Source of the DNA: Lama guanicoe | Lineage: Eukaryota | NCBI GenBank assembly: GCA_013239625.1 | Contig: MU054220.1 | Location: 2,169,374 to 2,233,373 of the forward strand | Length of the DNA: 64,000 nucleotides | Reading direction: 5' to 3' | In this document: in pieces, positions 62,159 through 64,000 of the stretch | How the letters are laid out: the number at the start of each line of letters is the position of its first letter | How positions within the stretch are numbered: the stretch's first letter is position 1 | The notes under the pieces: generated by a model | What the model saw: only the letters and a program-made list of their open reading frames with translations | Told to the model about the DNA's origin: nothing | Database searches by the model: none | Position numbers and translations under genes: made by a program

Positions 62159-62296
62159 AGAGGGAGGGTGTAGCTCAGTGGTAGAGTGAGTGCTTAGCAT
62201 GCATGAGATCCTGGGTTCAATTCCTAGTACCTCCATTTAAAAATAAATATACAAATAAACAAGCCTAATTACTCCCCCAATACCATTAAAAAAAAA
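62159..62296 (+). mobile_element. tRNA-derived SINE inside an L1 3' end (~61997-62645) inside Tigger1
   Basis: A/B boxes; TSD aagtcagWcaga. Confidence 0.85.
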
Positions 62297-62689
62297 AAGT
62301 CAGACAGAGAAAGACAAACACTGTTTTATCACTTATATGTGGACTCTAAAAAATAAAACACGAATGACTATAATGAGAAACAAACTCGCAGATATAGAGA
62401 ACAAACTAGTGGTTACCAGTGGGGAGAGGGAAGGAGGAGGAGCAAAGCAGAGGTGGGAATTAAGAGATACAAACTATTATGTATAAAATAAATAAGCAAC
62501 AGGATACGGCACAGGAAAACACAGTCATTACTGTGTATAACTTTAAATGGAATATAATCTATAAAAATATTGAATCACTTTGTTATATACCTGAAACTAA
62601 TATAATATTGTAAATCAACTGTAGTTCAATAAATAAAAAATATATAAATAAAGTGAAGCACAATAAAACAAGGTATGCCTATACTCCAA

Positions 62690-64000
62690 AAATAAATAAA
62701 ACCACCAAGATAGGAGGGAGGGTAGTCAAAACTGAACACAATCAAAAACAAATGAGCCTAACTGTATTTTAAATAACACAGAGAAGGCAGAAACAAATGA
62801 GCCTAACTGTATTTTAAGTAATCCAAGTTACTTTTAGGCACAGTATTGCTAATATCTTCAGGTTAAAAACAGGAACAACTGTGAATAAATGCTGAACTCT
62901 AGTTTGTAGGATTTTTTTCACAGCTATGGATGAGTGATTCTGAAACTATATTTAGTATTAATCAAATAAGTAAATATATTACAGATAACGGGAGTCAGAC
63001 TTCTCACTGGCAACAGAGAGAGTTACAATTGTGGAAAGGAAGAAGCTAAAATTAATCCTGTTGCATTGCAATGGGAGGTTTCAGTATCAACTCACGGTTT
63101 TAGACAGATAAATAGAAAGAAAAACAGATATAGATGTTGGTATATGCATAATACACATATTTTCTAGTTATGTCTGCTGAGAGGGCCTAGGAGCAATGAC
63201 ACCCCAATAACAACGTGCACACCTAGCACCCAGATCTTGGTTTCTAACTACCATCCTCCACTAGAAGGAAACTAGAATGAACCTAGAACATCTTGCTATG
63301 CTGAAAGTAAGAAAGTACTCAGAGATTGACAGGACATCTCCAAAAGTCACACCTCTAAAATCACAGAAGCTGGGACTCCCACTGGCCAAACCTAGGATAA
63401 TTTAAACATTAAAATAATGATAGTAACAAATTATAACACAGAATAAAATAAGGACCCATGACTAATAAATGTAGAAGGAATGACAGAATTAGAAAATCAC
63501 CATTTGGCAGCCACCATAGTTAGGAGAATAGTTTGATGAGAAACAGTATAGAAAGTATCAAACTTTCTCCGCACAAGATATTTGTCTCAAAGAGAAAAAC
63601 AGAACTTTACAGTGAGAAACCTGGCAGTTGCACACACCACCTTAACTAAGAGATCAGAGTTAATCTCACCAGTTATGGAACAAAGAAATCATGTGCCTGA
63701 AAAGGACACATCACTTAGCCTGAATCTGATCATTAGGAAATCTTAGACAAACCCAAATTGAGGCCAGTCTACAGAATAACTGGCCTACACTTGTCAAATA
63801 CATCAAAGTCATGAAAGACAAAGACTGACAACTAATTACAAAGTGTGATCCTTGACTGGATCTGGATGGGAAAAACACTTTTCTTTCTTTTGCTAAAAAG
63901 GACATCAGTAATTAGACAACTGGAAAACATTTGAATAAAGTCTACAAATTAGCTAAAGGTATTTTATCATTATTAATTTTTTAATATTAATTTCTTAATT
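62690..64000 (+). mobile_element. L1MC-like 3' UTR
   Basis: gggagtcagacttctcactg ... cacctagcacccagatcttggtttctaa; similar to 37900-39000. Confidence 0.65.

Larger units (their letters stand above)
59173..62681 (-). mobile_element. Near full-length Tigger1 (TcMar) fossil interrupted by younger retroelements
   Basis: TIRs ta|caggcatacct and aggtatgccta|ta; broken transposase remnants in ORFs 59567..60013, 60143..60370 ([24 protein letters not shown]) and 60796..61104 (WKKMPSRTF). Confidence 0.9.

Noticed and set aside
62745..62820. 27-bp direct repeat aaacaaatgagcctaactgtattttaa
   Set aside because: Simple local duplication within an L1 remnant; only two copies, not an array

Overview
Mammalian (eutherian) genomic DNA, probably from a camelid judging by a recurring short tRNA-derived SINE and no recognisable Alu, B1, BovB or CHR elements. 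The + strand carries the 3' ~85% of CKAP5 (ch-TOG/XMAP215 microtubule polymerase): 37 coding exons read by eye splice into one uninterrupted frame of 1745 codons plus stop (1683..51579), followed by an AATAAA at 52030. An intact box C/D snoRNA SNORD67 (U6 C60 methylation guide) lies in one intron, and a decayed second copy lies in a downstream intron. The - strand carries the last two coding exons and the 3'-end signals of F2 (prothrombin), tail-to-tail with CKAP5; the large F2 intron at the window end is packed with nested transposons (L1, Tigger1, L1, SINE). The best second-look items are a 24-nt in-frame microexon candidate in CKAP5 with SRRM4/RBFOX-type motifs, the degenerate SNORD67 paralog, a tailless 5'-half tRNA-Thr retrocopy with a perfect 16-bp TSD, an L1 3' transduction, and an F2 cleavage region lacking the human CG dinucleotide. 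I found no evidence of a wholly new biological system. Repeat family names come from recalled consensus sequences and repeat boundaries without TSDs are approximate.
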